A stretch of DNA of 64,000 bases from Eledone cirrhosa. Lineage: Eukaryota. Every line of letters begins with the position of its first letter. Position 1 is the stretch's first letter. Below are positions 39,950 to 54,372 of this stretch, piece by piece. The notes under the pieces were generated by a model. It saw only the letters and a list, made by a program, of their open reading frames with translations, ran no database searches and was not told the origin of the DNA. Where the stretch lies: positions 1 to 64,000 of the forward strand of contig CAXHJY010001547.1 in the NCBI GenBank assembly GCA_964016885.1. The letters are read 5' to 3'. Made by a program: the position numbers and the translations under genes.

Positions 39950-40618
39950 GTGGGAAAGTAAAAAATCGGAGAATAGGCCGTTAAAACATGTTTATTTAAA
40001 ACAGCACCTACGTACGTTTCGCCCAGTTGGGCTTCTCAGGGGCATAAATAATCACAAGTGTACCTTATATTGCTCGGAAAGAGTTTTTGGGGTTAAATCC
40101 ACATCAAGGTTCATTGCTCGCAAAAATATCTTGTTTTGATTTTGCAGCAGGTCAAGGGAGGTAACTCTGGCCGGTGTTAGGGCAGTCTTTCCCGGACAAT
40201 TTTTTTTTTTTTTTTTTTTGCAGCATCCGTTTGTCTGAGGCTGGGTCTGGTATGCAAGGATTGTTTCCTGGGTGTTATTTTGCAGCGCCTGCCCGCCGGG
40301 GTGTTAAGACTTGTTGCAGGGAGATCCAGTGTACTGTTTCACACTTCATCCTTAACCCATCTGAAGAAGGATATTTTCAAGCGATGTGTACAACTTATCG
40401 CTGTTTCAGCTCTGCTGTTGATGAGCTCGTGGGGTGCAGTTATGATATGGTAGAGCTCCACGAGGCAAAGAACGCATTTCCTCTTGAAGTTGTACGGTGC
40501 AGCCCTGCCGACAATCTCCCAGTGCGTGGAGAGGCTGATGTTTAAGTCCTTTAGTGATGTGATGTAGTCGGCGAGCGAAGTGGAGTGCCTTAGTTTTCTA
40601 TTTGTGACAAGAGTGGAG

Positions 40619-42602
40619 ATGAAATTCGTCCAATTTGATATAGATAGTTACTACGCCTCTATCTCCCCCATACTCTTAAATAAGGCACTTATCTTAGCTA
40701 GATCTAACACTAGCCTCACTAAAAAAGAAATAGACATAATTCTAGCGGCACGTAGAACTATTATCCAGTTCGAAGGCTCCCACTGGACCAGAAACAACCG
40801 TCCTGATAACTTCGATGTCACGATGGGGTCCAGTGACTCAGCGCAAGCAACTGACCTGGTCGGGATATACCTCCTACATAAGCTTAGGGAAGAAATACCG
40901 GCCCTACAAGGAGGTGTATATAGGGACGACGCCCTGTTTACCGTTAGGAACCATAGCCCCCGTAGGATAGAGAACCTTAACAAACATATACACAGGTTCT
41001 TTAAGTCATACGGCCTATCCGTAACTATGGACCTCAACCACAGGGTTGTCAACTTCCTGGACGTGACCCTGGAGTTGAGTACAGGCTTATACAAGCCATA
41101 CCATAAGCCTGGAGAGTGCCTCTCTTATATTAATTATGCCTCCAACCACCCTAAGCAGACTCTCAAATCCATAGTCTATAGTATCTCACATAGAATCTCG
41201 AGGCTATCCGCCAATGAGGATATCTTCAACCAAGCGGCAGATTACTACAATAGGGCCCTGATAAGCGCCGGCTTTAACCGAGGAATTTCCTACATCCCTA
41301 ACGCTAGCTCTAGAAACCACCCCCCTCATAAAACTAACGTTATAGTAAGCCATACCTATAACCGATCACGCGGCGACCTCGTTGAAGTCGGATGTAATAG
41401 AATAGATAACCGCACCAAAGATCACGTCCCCGGCGACGGTAAACACTGTAGATTACTCAAACTATTCCCCTATTACAAAACCAACAAAGGCGACGGCCTA
41501 CTACCAACGCCTTCCAACCAACATCTTCGTGTACATAAACATGGAAGAGGTAGAAAGAGTGAACCCGAGCATAAAGTGAAAGGGGCACCGAACGGGCGAC
41601 TGCGCATTAACACACATAAGAGCGGTCACGTAGAAGGAACCACCCGTAGCAAAAGTACAAGGACACGTAATCGCCACCGTAACGTCCTATGGTTCCACCC
41701 CCCCCTACTCTCGGAGTGTGGCCTCCAACATACCCCGAATGTTCTTCGAAGCCTTAGAGAAGAACTTCCCGCCCAACCATAGGTATAGAAAAATTCTTAA
41801 TAGGAACAATATAAAAATATCCTTCTCTACTACTCCTAACCTAGCAGACATCATAGGAACAACGAACCACAGTAAGATCACCAAGACACAGCACCTCGAC
41901 ACAGACGCACCTACACCTGACAATAATTATATCGGCCTTAACAACTCCCTGGCAGCATCCAATAGTGTTGGCAACGGCATCCGCAGACGCAACCAGAATA
42001 ACCGCGAAATGACTGGGGAACATGCAGAACATGACGTGCGGAATAACAATCGCACCACCCCGCGTGCTGTGGGTTGTAATTGTGCTAACGACAGCTGCGG
42101 TAGCGTAGGTAACAACGTAGGCAGCAACAATGATAGCCTTACCGTGGGAAATAGACGGAACCGCGACAGAAATTGCAACTGCCACGACAGACGACGCTGC
42201 CCCCTTAGAGGATACTGCTTGACTGATAGGGTTATATATAGATGCACTATTACTAGCCACAATAACGTTAAACATTATATAGGGGCCACCTCCGGTCCGT
42301 TCAAAATTAGGTTTCGAACACATCTCCACTCTTTCACAAATAGAAAACTAAGGTACTCCACTTCGCTCGCCGACTACATCACATCACTAAAGGACTTAAA
42401 CATCAGCTTCTCCACGCACTGGGAGATTGTCGGCAGGGCTGCACCGTACAACTTCAAGAGGAAATGCGATCTTTGCCTCATGGAGCTCTACCACATCATA
42501 ACTGCACCCCACGAGCTCATCAACAGCAGAGCTGAAACAGCGATATGTTGTACACATCGCTTGAAAATATCCTTCTTCAGATGGGTTAAGGATGAAGAGT
42601 GA
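40619..42602 (+). pseudogene. 5'-truncated PLE RT plus GIY-YIG ORF, one frameshift near 41700
   Basis: [58 protein letters not shown]...CPL..YCL, VIYRC...YIGAT, CDLC..E. Confidence 0.88.
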
Positions 42603-42897
42603 AACAGTACACTGGATCTCCCTGCAACAAGTCTTAACACCCCGGCGGGCAGGCGCTGCAAAATAACACCCAGGAAACAATCCTTGCATACCAGACCCAG
42701 CCTCAGACAAACGGATGCGGCAAAAAAAAAAAAGAAAAAAATTGTCCGGGAAAGACTGCCCTAACACCGGCCAGAGTTACCTCCCTTGACCTGCTGCAAA
42801 ATCAAAACAAGATATTTTTGCGAGCAATGAACCTTGATGTGGATTTAACCCCAAAAACTCTTTCCGAGCAATATAAGGTACACTTGTGATTATTTAT

Positions 42898-42937
42898 GCC
42901 CTTGAGAAGCCCAACTGGGCGAAACGTACGTAGGTGC
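42898..42937 (+). ncRNA. Variant hammerhead (TTGAGAA core)
   Basis: GCCC TTGAGAA GCCC AACT GGGC GAAAC GTAC GTA GGTGC, followed by AATAAA. Confidence 0.68.
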
Positions 42938-43153
42938 TGTTTTAAATAAACATGTTTTAACGGCCTATTCTCCGATTTTTTACTTTCCCACGTGCTTACG
43001 CTCTGCTAACTCTCTAGCCCACTAAATATTAACACTTCGAATATTTAATACTGCCGGCACTAGTATCGAGCACCTTTGGCATACGCTACTTGGCAAATAA
43101 CTATATGTATCACCTATCGCCCCTTTTTGTCCTCTTTCTCGATACGTAAATAC

Positions 43154-43192
<39 letters not shown>

Positions 43193-43312
43193 GTATATTA
43201 TGTATATCTATATATATGTGTGTGTATGTGTGTGTGTATGTGCGTGTGTGTGTGCTTGTGTGCGCGTGTGTTTGTATATATATATATATATATGTGTGTG
43301 TGTATATATATA

Positions 43313-43346
<34 letters not shown>

Positions 43347-43717
43347 CATATGTGTATGTGTGTGTGTGTGTGTGTGTGTGCCAATCTGTCTCATTCTTTT
43401 CTGAACCCTGTCTGAGAGAGAGAAAGAGAGAGTGAGAGAGAAAGAGAGAGGAGGGAGAGAGAAGAAAAGAGGAGGAGGAGGAGCAGATCTAACCAAAACG
43501 ATATAACACATTTAAGTTGGCCCATCAATCGCACCACGCCTTTTCTAATAACGCTGTTTTTAATTGGTTCTGGAGACAGTCGCTGACTACCAAAGATCTT
43601 TCTCAGAAGACATACTGTGACTGTTTGATAAATACATATTCTTCATATATTTCGGTGACATTGAAGAATCAACACAGCCAAATTATAACCTTGGTCTTTT
43701 GTCATTTTGAATATAAC

Positions 43718-43799
<82 letters not shown>

Positions 43800-43925
43800 C
43801 TATATTTGCATCTGTTTATGTGTGGATGCACATAAGTACGAACACACGTGTGTGTGCCTGAGAAAGAGAGAGAAATACAGAGAGAGATAGTCAGATAGTG
43901 AGAGAGAGAGAGATAGTGAGGGAGT

Positions 43926-43964
<39 letters not shown>

Positions 43965-43967
43965 TGT

Positions 43968-44105
<138 letters not shown>

Positions 44106-44244
44106 TCACCAGTTTTGTTGTCTTAAAAAGTAAACAAAACGAAATATTTTAAAACATTTTTAGGAATAAATTATTGTAACTTGTTTTTAACTTTCTTTTT
44201 GTTTTTTGTTGACATCTTTGCAGCAGACGATATCGTCTGGTGAG

Positions 44245-44830
44245 ACAGGGAGACATAGGGGAGGGGGGACTGTAGATAGTGGGGGACAGGTGGGAGGGGG
44301 AGGACTGTGGATAGTGGGGGGCAGGAGGGAGGGGGAGGACTGTAGATAGTGGGGGACAGGAGGGAGGGGGGACTGTAGATAGTGGGGGACAGGTGGGGAG
44401 GAGATTGGTGGCACAGGTGGAGAGGGGGTGGCATAGATGGGGAGGGTGGTGGTAGTACAGACTTAGGGGAGGCACAGATGGGGAGGGCGTTGGTGGCACA
44501 GATGGGGAGGAAGGTGGTGGCACAGATGGGGAAGGGGTTGGTGGAACAGATGGGGAGGGGGTGGCACAGATGGGTGGAGGGTGGTAGCACAGATGGGGAG
44601 GGGGTTGGTGGCACAGATGGGGAGGGGGTGGCACAGATGGGTGGAGGGTGGTGGCACAGATGAGGAGGGGTTTGGTGGCACAGATGGGTAGGGGGTGGCA
44701 CAGATGGGGAGGAGGGTGGTGGCACAGATGGGGAGGGGGTTGGTGGCACAGATGGGAGGTGGGTTGTGGAACAGATGGGGAGGAGAGTTGGTGGCACAGA
44801 TGGGGAGGTGGGTAATGACACAGGTGGAGA
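44245..44830. repeat. G-rich minisatellites (GGTGGCACAGATGGGGAGGG-like and GGGGGACTGTAGATAGTGGGGGACAGG-like)
   Basis: Imperfect ~21-33-bp tandem units with dense G-runs. Confidence 0.85.
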
Positions 44831-45007
44831 AGGAGGTGGTTGATTGGGGTTGTGCCGTTGTTGTTAATGTGGTTGTTGTTGGTGTTGGTGTTGTTGTCAC
44901 GCTATTGTTTATTGTTGTTGATGGTAGGATGTGATTGGGAAGAAGATTTGGCTGCTAATTTCAGCAGGACAAACAACAAGACACAGCTTCCCTTATTTCA
45001 AAAAAAT

Positions 45008-45220
45008 ATTGGTTTCTGATTTAGGCACAAAGCCAAAACAGTTGGGGGAAAAGTCGATTAAATCGGCCCCAGTGCATTACTGGTACTTTATTTTATCGAC
45101 CCCATAAGGATGAAAGAGAAAGTTAACATCGGCAGGATCTAAACTGAGATCGTAAAGGGCCGTAACTCTATGTCACAAAGCATGTGATCCGATTCTCCAC
45201 CGATTCTGTCAATCCACCGG
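45008..45220 (-). mobile_element. SINE family A relative
   Basis: GGCACAAAGCC...CAGTGCATTACTGGTACTTTATTTTATCGACCCC...CAATCCACCG. Confidence 0.75.
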
Positions 45221-45852
45221 CTAATCCACTGTTTCAAAAAATATTAAAACAATGTTGTACCCTCGGTTCCAAATGACAGCCACCAAAGTGTCCCTTTTCA
45301 CAGCCTACATAACACGGGTATCATTACATAACTTGTGCAATACATACTCTTATGTAATTACCTCCTCAAACCATAATCTCTTCATGTCAACTTATCTTAC
45401 ATAATTAACACATTTACCGTCAAAATATATAACACAATACAGACTCCCCCACCTAATAGAATAACACATCCCGCACAGTACACCAGGGCTATACTTAGAC
45501 TTTGTGGGGCCAGGGCCACTTCATGTTTGGGAGCCCCACCCCAATTTTATATATCACAGTCAGCTTGGCACAAGTAATTGGAATTGAAAAGTTATACATA
45601 CAGGTATTAAATTTAAAAAAAACTAACCAACCTAAAACTAAAAAGCCCAGCCGAGGGCACAAATATATTTCTACGGCAGTACCCGACCCTGCTCTAAACC
45701 AGTGGTTCCCAACATATTGTTTACAATACCCGACCTCAATATCTCAAAACGTGTTATGCCCACCGACCGCCTTTGATATTAATACAACAATGGTCAACTG
45801 AAAATAAACAAATTGGTGTATATGTCGTGTCAGATGCACAATAACATGTGGG

Positions 45853-48800
45853 GGAGGTGAGACAAGAGTTTCTGACAGTAATGTCTACCATGTAGGAGGT
45901 GAGACAGGAGTTTCTGACAGTAATGTCTACCATGTAGGAGGTGAGACAGGAGTTTCTGACAGTAATGTCTACCATGGGGAAGGTGAGACAGGAGTTTCTG
46001 ACAGTAATGTCTACCATGTAGGAGGTGAGACGGGAGTTTCTGACAGTAATGTCTACCATGAAGGAGGTGAGACAGGAGTTTCTGACAGTAATGTCTACCA
46101 TGGAGAAGGTGAGACAGGAGTTTCTGACAGTAATGTCTACCATGGAGAAGGTGAGACAGGAGTGCCTGACAGTAATGTCTACCATGTAGAAGGTGAGACA
46201 GGAGTGTCTGACAGTAATGTCTACCATGGTGAAGGTGAGACAGGAGTGTCTGACAGTAATGTCTACCATGTAGGAGGTGAGATAGGAGTGTCTGACAGTA
46301 ATGTCTACTATGGAGAAGGTGAGACAGGAGTGTCTGACAGTAATGTCTACCATGTAGAAGGAGGTGAGACAGGAGTTTCTGACAGTAATGTCTACCATGG
46401 AGAAGGTAAGACAGGAGTTTCTGACAGTAATGTCTACCATGGAGAAGGTAAGACAGGAGTTTCTGACAGTAATGTCTACCATGGAGAAGGTGAGACAGGA
46501 GTGCCTGACAGTAATGTCTACCATGTAGAAGGTGAGACAGGAGTGTCTGACAGTAATGTCTACCATGGTGAAGGTGAGACAGGAGTGTCTGACAGTAATG
46601 TCTACCATGTAGGAGGTGAGATAGGAGTGTCTGACAGTAATGTCTACTATGGAGAAGGTGAGACAGGAGTGTCTGACAGTAATGTCTACCATGTAGAAGG
46701 AGGTGAGACAGGAGTTTCTGACAGTAATGTCTACCATGGAGAAGGTAAGACAGGAGTTTCTGACAGTAATGTCTACCATGGAGAAGGTAAGACAGGAGTT
46801 TCTGACAGTAATGTCTACCATGGAGAAGGTGAGACAGGAGTGCCTGACAGTAATGTCTACCATGTAGAAGGTGAGACAGGAGTGTCTGACAGTAATGTCT
46901 ACCATGGTGAAGGTGAGACAGGAGTGTCTGACAGTAATGTCTACCATGTAGGAGGTGAGATAGGAGTGTCTGACAGTAATGTCTACTATGGAGAAGGTGA
47001 GACAGGAGTGTCTGACAGTAATGTCTACCATGTAGAAGGAGGTGAGACAGGAGTTTCTGACAGTAATGTCTACCATGGAGAAGGTGAGACAGGAGTGTCT
47101 GACAGTAATGTCTACCATGTAGGAGGTGAGACAGGAGATTCTGACAGTAATGTCTACCATGGAGAAGGTGAGACAGGAGTTTCTGACAGTAATGTTTACC
47201 ATGGAGAAGGTGAGACAGGAGTTTCTGACAGTAATGTCTACCATGTAGGAGGTGAGACAGGAGTGTCTGACAGTAATGTCTACCATGTAGGAGGTGAGAC
47301 AGGAGTGTCTGACAGTAATGTCTACCATGTAGGAGGTGAGACAGGAGTGTCTGACAGTAATGTCTACCATGTAGGAGGTGAGATAGGAGTGTCTGACAGT
47401 AATGTCTACTATGGAGAAGGTGAGACAGGAGTGTCTGACAGTAATGTCTACCATGTAGAAGGTGAGACAGGAGTGTCTGACAGTAATGTCTACCATGTAG
47501 GAGGTGAGACAGGAGTGTCTGACAGTAATGTCTACCATGTAGGAGGTGAGATAGGAGTGTCTGACAGTAATGTCTACTATGGAGAAGGTGAGACAGGAGT
47601 GTCTGACAGTAATGTCTACCATGTAGAAGGAGGTGAGACAGGAGTTTCTGACAGTAATGTCTACCATGGAGAAGGTGAGACAGGAGTGTCTGACAGTAAT
47701 GTCTACCATGTAGGAGGTGAGACAGGAGATTCTGACAGTAATGTCTACCATGGAGAAGGTGAGACAGGAGTTTCTGACAGTAATGTTTACCATGGAGAAG
47801 GTGAGACAGGAGTTTCTGACAGTAATGTCTACCATGTAGGAGGTGAGACAGGAGTGTCTGACAGTAATGTCTACCATGTAGGAGGTGAGACAGGAGTGTC
47901 TGACAGTAATGTCTACCATGTAGGAGGTGAGACAGGAGTGTCTGACAGTAATGTCTACCATGTAGGAGGTGAGACAGGAGTGTCTGACAGTAATGTCTAC
48001 CATGTAGGAGGTGAGACAGGAGTGTCTGACAGTAATGTCTACCATGTAGGAGGTGAGACAGGAGTGTCTGACAGTAATGTCTACCATGTAGGAGGTGAGA
48101 CAGGAGTGTCTGACAGTAATGTCTACCATGGAGAGGTGAGACAGGAGTGTCTGACAGTAATGTCTACCATGTAGAAGGAGGTGAGACAGGAGTGTCTGAC
48201 AGTAATGTCTACCATGTAGGAGGTGAGACAGGAGTGTCTGACAGTAATGTCTACCATGTAGGAGGTGAGACAGGAGTGTCTGACAGTAATGTCTACCATG
48301 TAGGAGGTGAGACAGGAGTGTCTGACAGTAATGTCTACCATGTAGGAGGTGAGACAGGAGTGTCTGACAGTAATGTCTACCATGTAGGAGGTGAGACAGG
48401 AGTGTCTGACAGTAATGTTTACCATGGAGAAGGTGAGACAGGAGTGTCTGACAGTAATGTCTACCATGTAGGAGGTGAGACAGGAGTGTCTGACAGTAAT
48501 GTCTACCATGTAGGAGGTGAGACAGGAGTGTCTGACAGTAATGTCTACCATGTAGAAGGAGGTGAGACAGGAGTATCTGACAGTAATGTCTACCATGGAG
48601 AAGGTGAGACAGGAGTGTCTGACAGTAATGTCTACCATGTAGAAGGTGAGACAGGAGTGTCTGACAGTAATGTCTACGATGTAGGAGGTGAGACAGGAGT
48701 GTCTGACCGTAATGTCTACCATGTAGGAGGTGAGACAGGAGTGTCTGACAGTAATGTCTACCATGTAGGAGGTGAGACAGGAGTGTCTGACAGTAATGTC

Positions 48801-50325
48801 TACCATGGAGGAAGTGAGACAGGAGTGTCTGACAGTAATGTCTACCATGTAGGAGGTGAGACAGGAGTGTCTGACAGTAATGTCTACCATGTAGGTGGTG
48901 AGACAGGAGTGTCTGACAGTAATGTCTACCATGGTGAAGGTGAGACAGGAGTGTCTGACAGTAATGTCTACCATGTAGGAGGTGAGACAGGAGTGTCTGA
49001 CAGTAATGTCTACCATGGAGGAGGTGAGACAGGAGTTTCTGACAGTAATGTCTACCATGGAGAAGGTGAGACAGGAGTGCCTGACAGTAATGTCTACCAT
49101 GTAGGAGGTGAGACAGGAGTGTCTGACAGTAATGTCTACCATGGAGGAGGTGAGACAGGAGTTTCTGACAGTAATGTCTACCATAGAGAAAGTGAGACAG
49201 GAGTGTCTGACAGTAATGTCTACCATGGAGAAGGTGAGACAGGAGTGTCTGACAGTAATGTCTACCATGGAGAAGGTGAGACGGGAGTGTCTGACAGTAA
49301 TGTCTACCATGTAGGAGGTGAGACGGGAGTGTCTGACAGTAATGTCTACCATGGAGAAGGTGAGACAGGAGTGTCTGACAGTAATGTCTACTATGGAGAA
49401 GGTGAGACAGGAGTGTCTGACAGTAATGTCTACCACGGAGAAGGTGAGACAGGAGTGTCTGACAGTAATGTCTACCATGTAGGAGGTGAGACAGGAGTGT
49501 CTGACAGTAATGTCTACCATGTAGGAGGTGAGACAGGAGTGTCTGACAGTAATGTCTACCATGTAGGAGGTGAGACAGGAGTGTCTGACAGTAATGTCTA
49601 CCATGGAGAAGGTGAGATAGGAGTTTCTGACAGTAATGTCTACCATGTAGGAGGTGAGACGGGAGTGTCTGACAGTAATGTCTACCATGGAGAAGGTGAG
49701 ACAGGAGTGTCTGACAGTAATGTCTGCCATGTAGGAGGTGAGACAGGAGTGTCTGACAGTAATGTCTGCCATGTAGGAGGTGAGACAGGAGTGTCTGACA
49801 GTAATGTCTACCATGGAGGAGGTGAGACAGGAGTGTCTGACAGTAATGTCTACCATGTAGGAGGTGAGACAGGAGTGTCTGACAGTAATGTCTACCATGT
49901 AGGAGGTGAGACAGGAGTGTCTGACAGTAATGTCTGCCATGTAGGAGGTGAGACAGGAGTGTCTGACAGTAATGTCTACCATGGAGGAGGTGAGACAGGA
50001 GTGTCTGACAGTAATGTCTACCATGTAGGAGGTGAGACAGGAGTGTCTGACAGTAATGTCTACCATGTAGGAGGTGAGACAGGAGTGTCTGACAGTAATG
50101 TCTACCATGTAGGAGGTGAGACAGGAGTGTCTGACAGTAATGTCTGCCATGTAGGAGGTGAGACAGGAGTGTCTGACAGTAATGTCTACCATGGAGGAGG
50201 TGAGACAGGAGTGTCTGACAGTAATGTCTACCATGTAGGAGGTGAGACAGGAGTGTCTGATAGTAATGTCTACCATGGAGAAGGTGAGACGGGAGTTTCT
50301 GACAGTAATGTGGTATACCATGGAG
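45853..50325. repeat. 42-bp satellite, about 106 copies
   Basis: GGAGGTGAGACAGGAGTGTCTGACAGTAATGTCTACCATGTA, with 45-bp variants and higher-order blocks. Confidence 0.97.
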
Positions 50326-50812
50326 GGGGAGGTGAGGGAGGTGGTGTTGATAATGGTGGTGGTGGTGGTGATGGTGGTGGTGATGGTGGTGGTGGTGGTG
50401 TTGGTGGTGGTGGTGGTGGTGCTGTTGGTGGTGGTGGTGGTGGTGGTGTTGGTGGTGGTGATGGTGGTGGTGATGGTGGTGGTGGTGGTGATGGTGCTGG
50501 TGGTGGTTGTGGTGGCGATGATGGTGGTGTTGGTGGTGGTGATGGTGATGGTGGTGGTGGTGATGGTGGCGATGATGGTGGTGGTGTTGGTATTGGTGGT
50601 GATGGTGGCGATGATGGTGGTGGTGGTGGTGGTGATGGTGGTGATGGTGGGGATGGTGGTGGTGGTGCTGATGCTGGTGGTGGTGGTGGTGGTGCTGGTA
50701 TTGGTGGTGGTGTTGGTGATGGTGGTGGTGGTGATAGTAGTGCTGGTGTTGGTGATGGTGGTGGTGATGGTGGTGGTGGTGGTGGTGTTGGTGATGGTGA
50801 TGGTGGTGGTGG

Positions 50813-50843
<31 letters not shown>

Positions 50844-52510
50844 GATGGTGGTGATGGTTGTGGTGGTGGTGGTGTTGGTGGTGGTGGTGATGGTTGTGGT
50901 GGTCGTGCTGGTGTTGGTGATGGTGGTGGTGATGGTGGTGGTGGTGTTGGTGTTTGTGGTGGTGGTGGTGGTGATGGTGGTGGTGGTGGTGATGGTGGTG
51001 GTGGTGGTGATGGTGGCGATGATGTTGGTGGTGCTGGTGGTGGTGCTGGTGGTGTTGGTGGTGGTGGTGATTGTGGTGATGGTGGTGGTGTTGATGATGG
51101 TGGTGGTGGTGATGATGGTGATGGTGGTGGTGGTTGTGATGGTGGTGATGGTGATGGTGGTGCTGGTGTTGGTGATGGTGGTGGTGATGGTGGTGATGGT
51201 GATGGTGGGGATGGTGGTGGTGGTGGTGGTATTGGTGGTGGTGTTGGTGATGTTGGTGGTGGTGATGATGGTGATGGTGGTGGTGGTGATGGTGGTGATG
51301 GTGGTGCTGGTGTTGGTGATGGTGATGGTGGTGTTGGTGATGGTGGTGGTGGTGTTGTTGTTGTTGTTGTTGTTGTTGATGGTGGTGATGGTGGTGGTGG
51401 TGGTGGTGGTTGTGGTGGTGGTGGGGGTGTTGGTGGTGGTGGTGGTGGTGGTGGTGATGGTGGCGATGATGTTGGTGGTGCTGGTGGTGGTGCTGGTGGT
51501 GTTGGTGGTGGTGGTGATTGTGGTGATGGTGGTGGTGTTCATGATGGTGGTGGTGGTGGTGGTGATGATGGTGGTGGTGGTGGTGGTGGTGGTGGTGGTA
51601 TTGGTGGTGGTGTTGGTGATGTTGGTAGTGGTGATGGTGGTGGTGGTGTTGGTCTTGGCTGAGATGGTGGTGGTGGTGGTGATGGTGGTGGTGGTGATGG
51701 TGCTGCTGGTGTTGGTGATGGTGGTGGTGGTGGTGATGGTGGTGGTGGTGGTGGTGGTGGTGGTGGTGGTGGTGGTGATGGTGGTGTTGTTGGTGATGGT
51801 GGTGGTGGTAGTGGTGATGGTGGTGGTAGTGGTGGTGGTGATGGTGGTGGTGGTGATGGTGGTGATGGTGGTGGTGTTGGTGATGGTGATGGTGATTTTG
51901 TTGGTGGTGGTGTTGGTGGTGGTGGTGGTGGTGGTGGTGGTGGTGGTGGTGGTGGTGGTGGTGGTGGTGGTGGTGGTGGTGGTGGTGTGGTGGTGGTGGT
52001 GGTGGTGGTGGTGGTGGTGGTGGTGGTGGTGTGGTGGTGGTGGTGGTGGTGGTGGTGGTGGTGGTTGTGGTGGTGGTGAGGTGGTGGTGGTGGTGGTGGT
52101 GGTGGTGGTGGTGGTGGTGGTGGTGGTGGTGGTGGTGGTGGTGGTGGTGGTGGTGGTGGTGGTGGTGGTGGTGGTGGTGGTGGTGTGGTGTGGTGGTGGT
52201 GGTGGTGGTGGTGGTGGTGGTGGTGGTGGTGGTGGTGGTGGTGGTGGTGGTGGTGGTGGTGGTGGTGGTGGTGGGTGGTGGTGGTGGTGGTGGTGGTGGT
52301 GGTGGTGGTGGTGGTGGTGGTGGGTGTAGTGGTGTTGGTGGTGGGGGGGTGTGGTGGTAATGGTGGTGGTGGTAATGGTGGTGGTGGTAGTGGTGGTGAT
52401 TGTAATGATGATGATTATGATGCTGATGATGATGATGATAATGAAGATGGTGATGGTGGTAGTGTTGGTGCTGATGATGATAGTGATGGCGTTGGTGTTG
52501 GTGTTGCTGG
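50326..52510. repeat. Compound (GGT/GAT/GTT)n trinucleotide tract
   Basis: About 2.2 kb of low-complexity triplets. Confidence 0.95.
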
Positions 52511-52717
52511 TTTGTTCTAATATTGGTGGTTTACAGGAGAAGGAAAACATGACAGGTCGAGTTTGTCTTAAGTTTCTTCCTCACGTGATATAGCTAAGGC
52601 AAAACACAGTTTTTTGCAGAGAGAGAGAGAGAGAGAGGTGGAGGAGGAGGAGTGAGAGAGAGTGAGAGAGAGTGAGCGAGTGAGAGAGTGAGAGAGAGAG
52701 AGAAGGGTGCGAGAGTC

Positions 52718-52788
<71 letters not shown>

Positions 52789-52967
52789 GGGTGAGGGAGG
52801 AGGAGAAAGGGTGTTTGTAGCTGAGTAGCAAATTCCTTTATTATAGGGTGTAGGTACACATGTACCCAGCTGACAAACAGACATGATGTGATCTCTTTTA
52901 CTAAATCTACGACAGCCATGATACTTCCAACACTGCATGTCTGTCCCTGTCTGTATATATATATATA

Positions 52968-53041
<74 letters not shown>

Positions 53042-53061
53042 CATATATATATATATAAATA

Positions 53062-53122
<61 letters not shown>

Positions 53123-53124
53123 AA

Positions 53125-53291
<167 letters not shown>

Positions 53292-53400
53292 CATATATGT
53301 GTGTTTGTATATATATATCTATATATATATCTATATATCATCATTATTATCATCATTTAACGCCCATCTTCCATGCTAGCATATATATATATATATTAGT

Positions 53401-53700
<300 letters not shown>

Positions 53701-54141
53701 GTGTGTGTGTGTGTGGGTGGGTGGTATAGTGTAGTGAAAAATCAGAAGGTTATATCCAAAGTTGGTAGACCACTCAGACTGCATATATGACGGTATACAT
53801 ATATATATATATGTATATATGTCTATTTATATATATATATAGATATATTAAATTATCTATATTTATCTCCAAATCACTGATTTGTCGAGCAAACCTGCCA
53901 AAACCACTTCTAAATTTTTTTGGGGGGTGTTAGTAGGCGTCTGTCATCTTACCATCCCATTCCTACTGACTAGCCTCTGTGTCACGTGATTGATTCTTTA
54001 GAATCAGCCATCTGACCAGAGGCAGCGAGGATTTCAGTGCATGGAATTTAGTCCCCGCTAGCTGTTCCATCTACTGAATTATTATTATTTTATATGAGTC
54101 CCCGGTGTCCGCGCATTGCCTGGAGACTTAGCTGAGAATAG

Positions 54142-54223
54142 ACTCCCTGATGACGCAATGAATTCTCGACAGTTAGATTACGTAACTGTCTTTATCCCAT
54201 TGCAGAAACTAATTAGTTGGAGT
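54142..54223 (+). ncRNA. Type I hammerhead with extended stem II
   Basis: ACTCC CTGATGA C GCAATG ..GACAGTTA/TAACTGTC.. CATTGC A GAAAC TAATTA GTT GGAGT. Confidence 0.75.
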
Positions 54224-54293
54224 GAAAATTTAAGTAAGTAGGTTAAAATATTATTAAAAATTTTTTTTTTTAAATGTTCTTATTTTACGTCTG

Positions 54294-54372
<79 letters not shown>

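Noticed and set aside
45700-45715. CAGTGGTTCCCAAC hAT-like terminal repeat
   Set aside because: No convincing partner TIR or 8-bp TSD found.
45754-52550. Very long ORFs (791, 670, 1475, 1171 and 695 aa) as genes
   Set aside because: They arise from a stop-free 42-bp satellite and triplet tract, open on both strands, with no start, splice or domain evidence.
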